Below are positions 1 through 11,450 of a DNA stretch of 64,000 bases, piece after piece. The stretch covers positions 5,485,784-5,549,783 of the forward strand of contig JAUPSS010000004.1 in assembly GCA_040285825.1 (NCBI GenBank). Direction: 5' to 3'. The notes beneath the pieces are model-generated. The model was not told the origin of the DNA. It did no database searches and worked only from the letters and a program-made list of their open reading frames with translations. Both the position numbers and the translations under genes were made by a program. The first letter of the stretch is position 1. Each line of letters starts with the position of its first letter. The DNA is from Eukaryota sp. TZLM1-RC (lineage: Eukaryota > Protista > Metamonada: BaSk clade).

Positions 1-526
1 TGGAAGAGAGGGATAAAGATGGTACTTCAATGACCTCTGTAGGGTGGGAAGAAGGTGGTCTTCCAATCCTTCCTTTGCAGCGAGAGAAGGTTGAACAGAC
101 TCTCTGTTCTGAGTAGAAGAAGAAGTTGGTACTTCAGATCTTCTTTCAGGGGGGAGAAGGTGGAACTTCAGATGCCCTCAATTGCGAAGGAGGAAGAGGA
201 GCAACGGAATCCTCTGCGTCCTCGTTGTCGTAGGAGACTAACGAAGGGCTTCTTCCTTCCGAAGGAACGGAATCCTCGGGAGGGTTGTCTCGTTCGACAG
301 GAATGGAATCCTGAGGAGTGGAGCTTTCTTCCATTGGAGCGGAATCCTCTGGAAAGGAACTGTCTTCCTTTGGGGTAGAACCCTCAGGGAAAGTGGCTTC
401 AGGAAGCGCAGAAGCTTTTACTGAAGAAGGGGGCACGGGAGCGGGATCTGTGGTTAGTGGTGAGGAAGAGGGACCAGTCTCTTCCTCAAGGATCCTGCGT
501 TGAGCCGTTGACGACCCAATACGTAT
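1..526 (-). mobile_element. 5' internal region of a second tandem unit of the Gypsy LTR retrotransposon (runs off window)
   Basis: 1-673 repeats 7244-7916 (offset 7243); the repeat extends past the 147-bp LTR into internal sequence. Confidence 0.9.
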
Positions 527-673
527 TGATGGTCTAGGCGAGTTAGTGTCAGACATACAGAGTAAAAGTAATGAAATTTATTACAAAGAGGAATTGCATT
601 CTCTCTTTTTAAACTAATAGGCGGAATACTAATAAACTAACTAAATAACTATAAATACTATTCAAGACTAACA
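527..673 (-). repeat. LTR (147 bp, TGTTAG...ACCATCA), 3' LTR of unit 1 and shared 5' LTR of unit 2
   Basis: TG...CA termini on minus strand; preceded by polypurine tract GAAAGAGAGGAAAAGG; same length and termini as the LTRs at 34586-34732 and 37763-37909. Confidence 0.9.
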
Positions 674-2554
674 GTGCCTTTTCCTCTCTTTCGAGCGACG
701 AGCCCTGGAAGCTCTAGTCACAGGAGGTGAACTAATGGAATTGGTACGCTTCTTGGGAGGAGCGGATTTAGTACGGCGACGTGCTTTTGAAGTCTTGATG
801 AAGTCTTTATACGCGGCAGTATTTTGGACTGTAGACAAGTGTTCAGTGGTGATCTCTTTTCCAGGCCATTGCACTTGGCAAAAGTCACCGTCCTGACTGA
901 GCACCTTTTCGATGATGTGTTCTTCGACATCACCTGCAGTGACCCAGGAGTGGAACTCATCGTTGGTGGGCAAGCTGGAGTGCCAGGGTGCTAAATGTTT
1001 GACGCTAGCTTGGACGATCGTACCGGTGCAGAGATTCTTAATATTCACAGACGAATTGGATACGATTTCAGTAATTAGGAAGGGTCCTGAATAGTCTCCA
1101 TGAAGCTTAACGGAAGAGCCAGATGCTCTCAATACCAATTGGCCAACTTCAAAAGGGTTTGGAGTTGTCGATCTAGTTAGCTTGGAAGCTTTGGAAGCTT
1201 GATGGTGTGCTGCCTTTTCCTGTTTCTCTTTCAACCTTCGAATTTTAGATTGAATTTCTTGAATAAAAGATGATTCAGACGTCGAGCTTTCAGGGATTTC
1301 AAGAATCTTGCCAGGGTCTGATCTAGGAGACACATCTGAGCCAAAGATCACTTGGTATGGAGTGTGGTTGGTTATTGAGCTCTTGGAAGAGTTGATCAAT
1401 AATTGCACATAAGGCAAGTATTCAGACCACACATCGTAGGCATTGAAGTCTACGAGCAATTTCCTCAGGTTTTGCAGGATGTCTCTGTGTCGGCGCTCTA
1501 CCAGGCCGTTGGACGGAGAAAACCTAGGTATTGACTTTGACACCTCTATGCCCAAAAATTTGCTTAATTCGTCAAAGACAGCCTTGGAAAATTCGGGTCC
1601 ATTATCGCTGTGGATTTGAAATGGAATACCAAAGATGGCACAGACTTTCCAAATTAATGCATCTGCAGTAAGATTGGCATTTATCTCTTTTAAAGGCACG
1701 ATGATCGTGAACCTAGAGAAGCTGTCAATAAATACGAGGATGTATTTGTAGCCTTCTTGATCTTCTGGAAGAGGACCAATAACGTCGGCGTTGACGCGAG
1801 CAAAGGGTCTGTCAGCCCACAATGAACCGGTTGGGGGAACATGCAGTTTGGGAACTGGCTTAGTTTTTCTGACAGGAGGGCATTCTTGGACGTGCTTATT
1901 CATGTCGGTGAGCATGTTTGGCCACCAATAATCGCTGTTCCTGAGCTTGTTCAGGCTTTCAGCTTTGCTTGGATGACCTCCTTGCAGCAGTCCATGCAAC
2001 AAGTTAAGGGTGTCCTTAATGAGTGATTTGGGAATCACTATCTTGTTGTCGTGAGTCATATATAAATCAAGATGATTGTTATGAACACAGTTGTTGAAAG
2101 AGGGGTCTTTGGAAGCTATGGCAAGCTTCTGTTCGGACCTAATCCTACAGAGCCATGGCTCGAAAATAGGCAGGTCGTTGGAACATCGTTCTCTGATGAC
2201 CATGATACGTTCGAAGTTGTTTAAGTCTTCGATGTAGTATCTTTCATTTTCTGTTCCATCAATTTTATCGATGTAAAATATTGGATGAAGATTTGGAGAC
2301 ATTTGATGAGACAATTGATTGATTTCTTGATGGCCTATAGGCGGAACTATTCGAGACAACATATCAGCCCAGAAGTTATCTTCCCCTTTGGTATGTACCA
2401 AATCGAAGCAGAATTCAGAGAATATGGGTAACCATCTAGTTACAATTCTGTTCTTCTCAGGAGCCGTGAACATGTAGGTGAGGTTTTGATGGTCTGTGAA
2501 TATGACCAGTTTCCTTCCTTTCAAGTAGTTTTCAAAACCACTTTGAGTTAACAT
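668..2554 (-). CDS. pol: Pol C-terminal part: RNase H end, integrase (Zn finger, DDE core) and chromodomain-like tail
   Basis: IFTDHQNL, NFWADMLSR, GHP, DVIGPLP, IDSFSRF, SDNGPEF, NGLVERRHR; EHIIEKVL...CQVQWPG...TTEH chromo-like; stop codon lies in the LTR terminus TGT-TAG. Confidence 0.9.
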   Translation of the reverse strand: MLTQSGFENYLKGRKLVIFTDHQNLTYMFTAPEKNRIVTRWLPIFSEFCFDLVHTKGEDNFWADMLSRIVPPIGHQEINQLSHQMSPNLHPIFYIDKIDGTENERYYIEDLNNFERIMVIRERCSNDLPIFEPWLCRIRSEQKLAIASKDPSFNNCVHNNHLDLYMTHDNKIVIPKSLIKDTLNLLHGLLQGGHPSKAESLNKLRNSDYWWPNMLTDMNKHVQECPPVRKTKPVPKLHVPPTGSLWADRPFARVNADVIGPLPEDQEGYKYILVFIDSFSRFTIIVPLKEINANLTADALIWKVCAIFGIPFQIHSDNGPEFSKAVFDELSKFLGIEVSKSIPRFSPSNGLVERRHRDILQNLRKLLVDFNAYDVWSEYLPYVQLLINSSKSSITNHTPYQVIFGSDVSPRSDPGKILEIPESSTSESSFIQEIQSKIRRLKEKQEKAAHHQASKASKLTRSTTPNPFEVGQLVLRASGSSVKLHGDYSGPFLITEIVSNSSVNIKNLCTGTIVQASVKHLAPWHSSLPTNDEFHSWVTAGDVEEHIIEKVLSQDGDFCQVQWPGKEITTEHLSTVQNTAAYKDFIKTSKARRRTKSAPPKKRTNSISSPPVTRASRARRSKERKRHC

Positions 2555-4391
2555 GAGCAGGATGGCATAGAGTTCCTTTTGATTTGTTGGCCAGTTCTTT
2601 TTGCGAGTTGGTTAACAACCGGCTGAAGAAGCTGATAGGCCTACATTTCCTGTTGATCAGGGGGTACCGGGGTCGTCGACTTGTTCGATTTGTTCCCATA
2701 TGACACCGCCTATAGCTATGTCGGACGCATCGCAACTAATTAAAATTTGGTTTTCCAGAGGAGGTAAGCTGAGTGGCATGTGCTTCGCTATCAGTTGTTT
2801 GATCTTTTGAAGAAGTCCGTCGTGCATGTCGGTCCATTGAAGGCGTTGCGCGGGGGGTTTGGGTTTAACGTTGGAGTGGTTTCCCTCCTTCTTAGTCAAT
2901 TTGATGATAGGAGCGATGAGCTCAGATACCTGAGGAAGCCATTCTCTAATAAAGTTGACTGATCTTACGAGGCTGCGGACGTCTTTGATTGTCTTTGGTC
3001 TAGGTAGATTCAACAAAGATTCAACGCGAGTGGGATCGATAGTCCGTTGTTTGTTTTGGAAAACACTGCCCAGTATCTTGATTGGGTGTTTGAAAGACAC
3101 GAAATGGCACTTTGGAAGTCCCAAGGAAACTCTTTTGCATCTGGCTTGATCAAGGACGCGACGGAGGCGTTCAATGAATTTGTCAAAGGTTGAACCTATG
3201 ATTATGATGTCATCTATCTAAATGAAGACACCGTCTTCAGAGAAGATGTCAGCCATGACGTTTTGGAAAACGGCTGGGACATTCTTTAGGCGAAAAGCTG
3301 CACGTTTGAACATGATACTTTTTGCCGGGAATGCTCAGGGCTGTTTTCTGCCAGTCCTTTTCAGCAATCTTGAGTTGCCAAAAGGCTTTGGGGAGGTCAA
3401 GGGTGTTTATGTAGTTTGCTTGGGAGAGAAATACCAGCACGTCGGAGATCCTTGGAAGGTTGGGCTCAACAGGAATGGTGTTGGCGTTGACTCCGTCCTT
3501 GCCACTATAATCACCGGTGAGGCAGGGCTAACGGTGATCTGGGTAGACCACTAGACAGACAGGGGAGCTGAACTCATGGTTCGATGGAACAGCAAATCCT
3601 GAGTCTACGAGTTCTTCGAAAATTTGGTTAGCGACCTCTAGCCTGGCTGGATTCAGGGTCCTGGGGGGTCTTCTAACTCTGACGTCTTCGTTGTAGAAGT
3701 TGATTTCCATGGGAGGGCAATCGATACCTTCAGCATGAGGCTTGAGGGTAAATACGTCTTCGAACTCTTTCAAAGTTTGAAGTAGGGACTTCTTGAAATG
3801 GTCGTTGTCGAGGTTGATGGTACAACCAGATGAGTTGATGTGTTCCAACCAACGTGTGGAAACGTTGACGACTTCTGAAGCTTGTGATATTCGATGATCG
3901 AATTCGGCTTCAGGTAATAGTAATGTGTGACAGGCGTCGTCCATTCTAATATAAATGCCCTTGTTGTTCATCAGTCCAAGGTGACTCAGCAAGTCAGCAC
4001 CAATGAGAATGGTCTCATGTCCAGGAACGATGCTGAACTTGTGTTTCACATGTACAATCTGGGTAACACTGCCTAGTCTAATGCTAAGGGTTCCAGAAGC
4101 AGTACCAAGGGACTGTGAGGTAGTTCCATCAGCAATCTTGTAGGATATGGTTTCGTTGGAACGTGCCATGTTACAATTACTGATGATGTCTTCCGTGACT
4201 ACTGAGCATGTTGCGCCAGAGTCGATTATGCCTTTAACTTCAACATTGTTGATCGAGAAGTTTAATTGTAGGCAGTTGGTTGTGGACTTTATGGATTGTA
4301 CCATAAATATTGTATCAGAATCATGTTCAGCTTGTTCTGAGAAGAAATTAGCTTGAATGTTGTGTGTCTTGATATGTTCCAAGTTGGCCAA
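2555..4391 (-). pseudogene. pol: Pol protease, reverse transcriptase and RNase H, frameshifted
   Basis: IIDSGATCS aspartic protease; FSSPVCLV, LDLPKAFWQL; YxDD reads VFI*IDD (TAG at 3218-3220); SCDASDIAIGGV RNase H. Confidence 0.9.
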
Positions 4392-6092
4392 AGGATTGAT
4401 TAGGGAATCTTTCCATGTTGTATTTTCTGTGTGGGGATGTGTTGTAGTTGTATGGGGTATGGTTTCAAAAATGCGTAAATAGTGACGGGAACGTTTATTA
4501 TAAGATGAAGAGCCTCTGCCTCTGCCGCGAGTGCCTCTTCGACTACGGAAACCAGAACCTCTAGAACCTCTGCCTCGAGCTTGTTGTTGAGCTTATTGCT
4601 CTCTCCACTTTTTGCTTCTTTGGCAGTCCTCACTGGGGCACCTTTCAGTCGGATGACCCATTTGTTTACAGAAATTGCATTGTACGTTGGACTCAGACTG
4701 AGTGGAAAACGGTTGAGTAGAGCTTCCTTCTCACCGTTGTTGTTTTGGGCGCCTGCCAGAGCTGGAACCTCTTGGTTTGGGGATAGCAGGGGGAGAAGGT
4801 ACCGTCTGTCTGCGACGGTTCTCAGTCTGAAATGAGATTCTGTTCTGATACAAGAAGTCCACGTGATTGATCTGCTCCTTAAAAGATCTAGCATTACAAA
4901 AGTTCTCGTATTCTATTTGAAGAACACTGAAGAATTCTCCTAAAGTGTGGCCATCTGAATAGTAATGGGAGGGATTGGACCAGATCCTGAGGAGTCTGTC
5001 CCTAATAATGGTGATACCGATGCTTTCGATGACGTGAGAAGCAATTTCCCATTCGGGAAGTCGGTCGACGGGGTTTCCGTGGATGGTGATGTGTCTCATA
5101 TGTTGAGTCAGACCACGAACGTCTTGGATAGCGGTGGAACGCGTTAAGACTCTACCTATGTTAAGCATGAAGTCTATCCATTTGTTACCATAATCTCTCT
5201 CAGACCAGTCCATGTTTACAGCATGAAGTGCGTCTAAGGCTTGATCCAGTCTGCTGAATTGGGTTCTCCTTAGGATCTGTTCCCAAATGTTGCGTTCATC
5301 TCTGCTGGTTGGGATCATGGTAGAGGAAATTGAAAGGCCAGTGCCTTGGTACCTTAAAGCATTGAGAGCTTCGGGTGTAACGCATTCAGCTAAGCCTCTG
5401 GGACTAATGCGCATGGCAGATCTGAAGAGATCCCATTCATGAATTGGTTCACTGTCGAACCGTTGATCAGATGCCAGTTCTGCTGATCTAGCTAGTTCAA
5501 GTTCTTCGCGAAGTCTAGCAACTTCGCTGGCCAAAGCAACTTGGGCAGGATCCTCGATGTTGCCTCGAGCCTCGTCTACAATTCTATCCGTGCGACTCCA
5601 GAGGATAAACTTGTTAATAAACTTGAGGAGTTTATCAACGTTTCTTAAATCAGTCGCGTCGAGAGTTGGACGTTTGGGGCGGTCTCTGCGTCTATTGTCC
5701 CTATCTCTTGATCCCACCATGGAAGATAGGAGAAGGTTACTATCGTAAGTACCTGAGAAAGTAGAACGTGAAGAACTAACCGTGGAAGGTGTTGGTTGAG
5801 CCGCATGTTGTGAACTTGTTGAACCAGTGGAAGGAGGTGTGGGTGGAACCACTGATTGTTCCATAGGCTGTGCAGGTGCTGGAGTTTGTTCCATTGGTGC
5901 TAGCACAGTTGGAATTGAGTCTGGAGTTGGGGACTCATCACTGACTTCTACTACAACATCCTCTTCAGTTTGTTCCATGGAAGGATTATGCGAGGGTTGT
6001 GTTGAGGGTTCTGTAGAAGTTTCCATAGGTTGTTCTGCGGAGGGTGGAACTTCGCTTTGGTGGAATTCCAGGAGAAGGTTCTGTCTCTTCAA
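4392..6092 (-). pseudogene. gag: Gag region with CCHC knuckle, in frame with protease-RT but interrupted by stops
   Basis: 453-aa ORF 4731-6092 continues in frame past a TGA into CNFCKQMGHPTERC and an RG-rich tail, then into the 3528-4391 ORF. Confidence 0.8.
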
Positions 6093-7799
6093 TCTGGGCT
6101 GGAACCTAATAAGAAGAGATCGCTGGTTGAACCAAGCGTGTTTTCTCTAAAAGACCTTCTACCATGACCCACTTTAACATCCTGGATTCTATGCATCCAG
6201 GGAAAACAGTGACGAGCTGGAGGGCTCTTTGGAGATTACCTGATCTCCTGTGGTCAGGACCACAATATGAAGCTATATGGTCGGGACGTCTGTCGTAAAG
6301 AAAGAGTCTTTCACCATATGTGGTTTCGGTAAACCACCACCCTGTTCTATAATGTCTGTCGATAAGGATATCGAGAGATGCGTTGTACCCAGGGCTGAAC
6401 CTAGGGTAGGGGCAAGGGTTATAGACATTTATGAAGAAGTTCTCTTCATCTCGAGCGAAGCGTCAGAAAACTCCTTTTCGAGTAGTTCTCATGAACCTAA
6501 CTCCGGGTCTGGGGTCATGAGTGGGTTCAGGATCGTGTCTCGTGTTTTTTGGAGTAATTCTTTCGTCGGAGAGATATGGACCAATCCTTGAGTGATCCAT
6601 AATCCTAGGTCATTTTCGACTCTAGGACCGAAGAAAGGAGGGCGCCCATTGCTCATCTCCGTGGGAGGGATGGCTTCGGGGTCTTCTGGAATTACTCGAG
6701 AATCCCTATAACGGGCATAAGGATTGTGCTGACGGGAAGCACCACGATGAACACTTGAGCTAGCGTAGGAGCTAGCTTGAGAAGGGGTAGGTTGAGCAGG
6801 TGTAGAGGAACTTCCTCTTCTAGCTTCAATCTCTTTGTCCAGTCTTTTTCTGTGTTCCCAGTTTCGTTTTTCTTGAAGAAAACGCTCTAAATATTTATTA
6901 GAGACATCACCAGAAATTCTATCAATTTCAGATGGAGGTGCCGTAGGAGGGACCTGCTGTTGAGGTAGAGGAGAAAATTCCTTGGAAGGTTCCTCGTACT
7001 CTACCAAATCTGAAAAGATTTGTTCGTACCTTTTCCTTTGCTCTTCAGAAAGATACGAAGGAAGGTTCGAAGTGCTAGGAATGGAATTACTAGTTTGGAG
7101 AGGGGAAACAGACAGATTATTAACTCCACTTACTGTTGAAGTTAGAGGATATCCTGAAGTTGGAACAGCAGGATTTTGACTGACTCTCCTTGCAGTTGGA
7201 ACTGAAGGAGGTTGATGAGAGTGAGAGGGTGGAACCTCAGAATTGGAAGAGAGGGATAAAGATGGTACTTCAATGACCTCTGTAGGGTGGGAAGAAGGTG
7301 GTCTTCCAATCCTTCCTTTGCAGCGAGAGAAGGTTGAACAGACTCTCTGTTCTGAGTAGAAGAAGAAGTTGGTACTTCAGATCTTCTTTCAGGGGGGAGA
7401 AGGTGGAACTTCAGATGCCCTCAATTGCGAAGGAGGAAGAGGAGCAACGGAATCCTCTGCGTCCTCGTTGTCGTAGGAGACTAACGAAGGGCTTCTTCCT
7501 TCCGAAGGAACGGAATCCTCGGGAGGGTTGTCTCGTTCGACAGGAATGGAATCCTGAGGAGTGGAGCTTTCTTCCATTGGAGCGGAATCCTCTGGAAAGG
7601 AACTGTCTTCCTTTGGGGTAGAACCCTCAGGGAAAGTGGCTTCAGGAAGCGCAGAAGCTTTTACTGAAGAAGGGGGCACGGGAGCGGGATCTGTGGTTAG
7701 TGGTGAGGAAGAGGGACCAGTCTCTTCCTCAAGGATCCTGCGTTGAGCCGTTGACGACCCAATACGTATTGATGGTCTAGGCGAGTTAGTGTCAGACAT
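6093..7799 (-). pseudogene. Long N-terminal extension of the polyprotein (Ser/Pro/Glu-rich 12-aa repeats plus an unassigned globular segment)
   Basis: ORF pieces 7389-7799 and 6489-7007 plus frameshifted coding sequence 6150-6500; homologous coding pieces at 34740-36300. Confidence 0.6.
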
Positions 7800-7916
7800 A
7801 CAGAGTAAAAGTAATGAAATTTATTACAAAGAGGAATTGCATTCTCTCTTTTTAAACTAATAGGTGGAATACTAATAAACTAACTAAATAACTATAAATA
7901 CTATTCAAGACTAACA
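7770..7916 (-). repeat. 5' LTR (147 bp)
   Basis: Copy of 527-673; flanked outward by a non-LTR element fragment. Confidence 0.9.
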
Positions 7917-8870
7917 GATGAACATTTTTCGAAAATTGACCTAGGAATCGATGCTTTCCCCAATCACTAAATTACGATAAACACGAAAAGAATTATGCAA
8001 CTTTAAATTACACTCTTCGAAGAATCCAAAAACGACTTACTGAAATGTATGAAAAGATCTTTATAAAAACATGTTCAGCTCGGTTGTTTCAAATCAAGAT
8101 CTCCATTCATTGTTATGGAAAAAAGGTGTTTGTGAAAATCTGTCATCAGATTCTTCACTGTTTGTGACCATTCTACCACGAAGATTTGGATTGTGTGCCA
8201 CTAATGAAGCGTTTGTAACAAAAAGAGGTTATATTTGAGTATTCCCATTAATCGATTATTATTAAAAGAAAAATGAATTTGTTCAAATTCACCTCAGCTC
8301 ACTTTGCGCCATGCTCTGAATTGTTTGAAATTGATAACTTATCGTTTTTTATTACATGATGCTGTTAGAAGCACTGTTTTCAATATGGTACGAACTGCAA
8401 GAATCTCGTGTATTAAAGAGACTCTGCTGAAAGAAACATTGATTGAATAATTTTGGTTCTGTTGACAGAGGTGATGTATACTGTGATTTGATTGAGAACT
8501 CTGAAGCTGTTGTTGACTTTATCTTATGTAATGTTGCAAATTGCACTTTGGTTCAAAAGAAGAATACTTAATCCTGTAAGCGCTTTTGAATTTAAAGCAA
8601 AAGAAAAACATAGAAAATATGATAAGGATTTTGAAGAAGCTAATGCTGGTAGAAATACACAGCTAGTTATTATTGCTTCCCCATTTTTGATAAACGGAAG
8701 ATTATCAGTTGAAGCAGAAACTTTTTTTAATGACTTTCAAAAAATGGTTCAAGAAAAACAATGAAAAGATTTGATATTTATTATGGCGCTTTTGGATTCA
8801 ATTGGCTATAATCAATAGAATGCTTCAATTTTTCAATCGAATTAGAGAAGCTTTAGCTAGACAGCAAGTA
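7917..8870 (+). mobile_element. RLE-type non-LTR retrotransposon family A, decayed 3' fragment
   Basis: Homologous to 18450-19487: LRHALNC, LHDAVR, DRGDVYCD, KAKEKHRKYD. Confidence 0.85.
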
Positions 8871-8893
8871 GATCACAGAAACTCATGTGGTTG

Positions 8894-9014
8894 TGTAGGT
8901 ACCTCACTAGTGAGTACCTAAGTATAATGAATAACATTAAACAAAATTATCATTATCTTAACCCGCCTTACACATACATCCAACATAAAGCTAGCATAAT
9001 GCCTAACGGCAACA
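8894..9014 (+). repeat. Solo LTR (121 bp) of a second Gypsy family inside a hAT transposase remnant
   Basis: TGTAGG...GGCAACA; flanks GTTG/GCTG (4-bp TSD, one mismatch); removal restores ITETHVAAHF hAT-like sequence; matches 30272-30392. Confidence 0.8.
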
Positions 9015-9834
9015 GCTGCCCATTTTTTGATCTCCAATTCCCAAGGGAGTTCATGGACTCTATCGAATTAGTTATGAATGAATTGTATGATCAAGAAACA
9101 AAGTAAACTTTGATTGTAGTGAGTTGATCTGGAAATAGGTGAAAATTGTACACCACGAAAATGGTGGGATCAGTTTGGATCACGAAATGGATATTGAAGA
9201 CGAGCGGCTGTAAAGATTTAACACCAACCAACAGCAAAGGAGCTGCTGAACGTAATCGGAGTGTTCATTCGATTGTGAAAACCAATCGAAGCAATAGAAT
9301 GGCATCAAAACTTCTAAATGACTTAATATAATTGTATGCTAACCAAAAACTTCAACATCGTTTACGTACTGCGGGAAAAAGAGTGTTTGCCTGGGAAGAA
9401 GAATGTTCAAAAGCTGTTTCCATGGGTTTTGATGTGGTGGAGATTGATTGCACTACTTCATGTTGATAAAAGAATTGTGGATCCCTATCATCACAAAAAT
9501 CTGGTATAGCGTTCAGAATTCAGAGTTTTGTCTTATAATAAATGTTAGTTTGACCTGCTGTATTAGTGCAATATCTTAAGAAAAGAGGCAAATTATAAAC
9601 TACACAGTTGATGTTTTCAGGTAAATAACAGCAAATACATTATCGCTGAGAACCGTATAGGTATGCAATATACCGCACAAGTGTTGATCTATTATAAACA
9701 CGTGTTTTTTACGCATGTTGGAGCATTGGTGTTCGAATGGGTGCCGTGTTTTGTGCACTCTGATTTAATTCAGTGTTCACAGTTGCACGTTACACGTGTT
9801 GACACGTGTCAAAGACGTGTTCCGGTGTTACTTG
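9015..9834 (+). mobile_element. hAT DNA transposon 3' remnant with ACACGTGT-type subterminal repeats
   Basis: AAHF.D.QF and SKGAAERNRSVHSIVKTNRSNRM...LNDLI*LYAN (hAT dimerisation domain); near-identical inverted copy at 29449-30271. Confidence 0.8.
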
Positions 9835-10259
9835 CACATCTACCCTTAGAAGTTGATTCAACAGATTCTGTGAATGCGAAAAACGTGTTCTTTGTGTACA
9901 GTTCATCGTTGGTGATTATTGCAACACTTCTGAAGCCTGAGCAAAAGAAATGGACACACGATTCGTTGGTTGTGTTTCGTATCGGTTTTAGTTAGAAAGT
10001 TTCTAAATGAATTTTCGAATTCACAAACACATACATAACTGTTATTGAAAAAGTTGATCGATTGTTAACAAAACTGAGGACTACACAACGTTTACTTATG
10101 CTTCTTCTAGGAATTATTTAACAGCGACCCTCGAAAAGACACACTACTGTGTTAAAATTTCGATCCAAAAAATGTTCGAACAAAAGAATGAAAGTTCGAA
10201 CACTTTTCAGAAAAACGATTTACTGAAATCATCTAAATAACTTGTAATAACTATGAACT

Positions 10260-11450
10260 AGATATAAAACAACTAACCAAGGGCTAGAATGCATGCATCA
10301 ATGTTTTTGCGAAAATGTACCCATCCATTTAGAATATAGTTTTCCTCATTCGCTTTCAAATACTCAAATAAATCAATGATCCACTGCCCAATTTGTGGGT
10401 CTTACTGTTGTTGCCAATAAATTTAAACTTACATCATCTAAAGCTACATTGTTTTGTAACTGTTCGGTAATGTCTTCGGTACAGTATTTTCCAAATGTTT
10501 TTCTTAGCCTTTTTTTAAAGGGTGAATTTAAAGAAACGTCCAGCACACAAAATAAGACAGTGGCCTTTGCAGGTATAAGTTCAATATCCAAAAGGAGCTC
10601 TTCTCCAAGTGTATACACTTTTTCCAAATCATGCGTATGGTGTTGGTCCCAAATTATAAGTACACGATCACCAACAGGAAAATTAAATTGAGTTCTTGTG
10701 CCATTTTTGCTCTTTTTTTTCCAAATAGGGTTTCACAATAACTGTTAAATAGACCATTATGGTCTCATCATGATCCCACATTGAACGGGTTTATTTTGGT
10801 GATTGGATCTTCACCAGATGAACAGTTCAAAGAACCTTTCGGATATTGTGTTGCCCACACTTTGCAGTATTTTACCCTCCCAAATTAGTTGATGATTCAG
10901 TAACTTACCATCAAGTGCACAGTCAAAGATACAATATTCCCACGTGTGTCACCTTGCCCAAGTAATTGAACTTTTTCTGAATTTTTAGGGGCATAGGTGG
11001 AATTGGATACTGAAAACCATGAAAGCTTTGTTTCATCCATACAAAAAATCAGAGCAGGGTTGTAACCATCGACTTTGTTCATTATATCTTTCATCTTATT
11101 TCCACCCTCAATTTTTTCTAACAGAGTCAATTTTCGAGGAGTTGTCGGCTTTCATGAAACCCATTTCAAATGATGTCTAATGATGCCGTCCGCCTCAAGA
11201 TTCTGTAAGCTCAATGGTCACCATTTTTTCTCAACATGTGACCTTTTTTTCATTATTCATCACAGATTTTGCGATACTCATTACATAAACAGGCGCAATC
11301 ACTCCACCAGCCTTTTGTACTGCTTCAAGGTATCTTAAAAGAAAATGATGGGACGATTCAGGTAACATTTAGTCCTGTTTCTTCAACATTGTTCCCAATT
11401 GGTTTTCGTTGATCATCAACTCACTAATTGCTGAAAGCGTTTTTAAAAAT
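10260..11450 (-). mobile_element. pogo/Tc5-like (DDE_1) transposase pseudogene
   Basis: IFCMDETKLSWF, LIIWDQHHTH, LIPAKAT..F..LDVSLNSPFKKRLRK in broken frames. Confidence 0.75.

Larger units (their letters stand above)
527..7916 (-). mobile_element. Ty3/Gypsy (chromovirus-like) LTR retrotransposon, full length but defective
   Basis: Order gag(CCHC)-PR-RT-RNaseH-INT-chromo between near-identical LTRs (one C/T difference seen); several stops and frameshifts. Confidence 0.95.

Noticed and set aside
1-673. Treating the whole 673-bp repeat as one long LTR
   Set aside because: The copy at 34586-37909 delimits the LTR to 147 bp with a TSD, so the rest is internal sequence of a tandem unit
2555-6500. 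Alternative genetic code (TAA/TAG read as amino acids) to explain in-frame stops
   Set aside because: Host genes are long, stop-free and end in TAA/TAG; the TE stops come with frameshifts and include TGA
55-7746. Short plus-strand ORFs over the LTR element, and similar antisense ORFs over host genes
   Set aside because: Shadow frames of Ser/Pro-rich or coding sequence on the opposite strand, with no motifs
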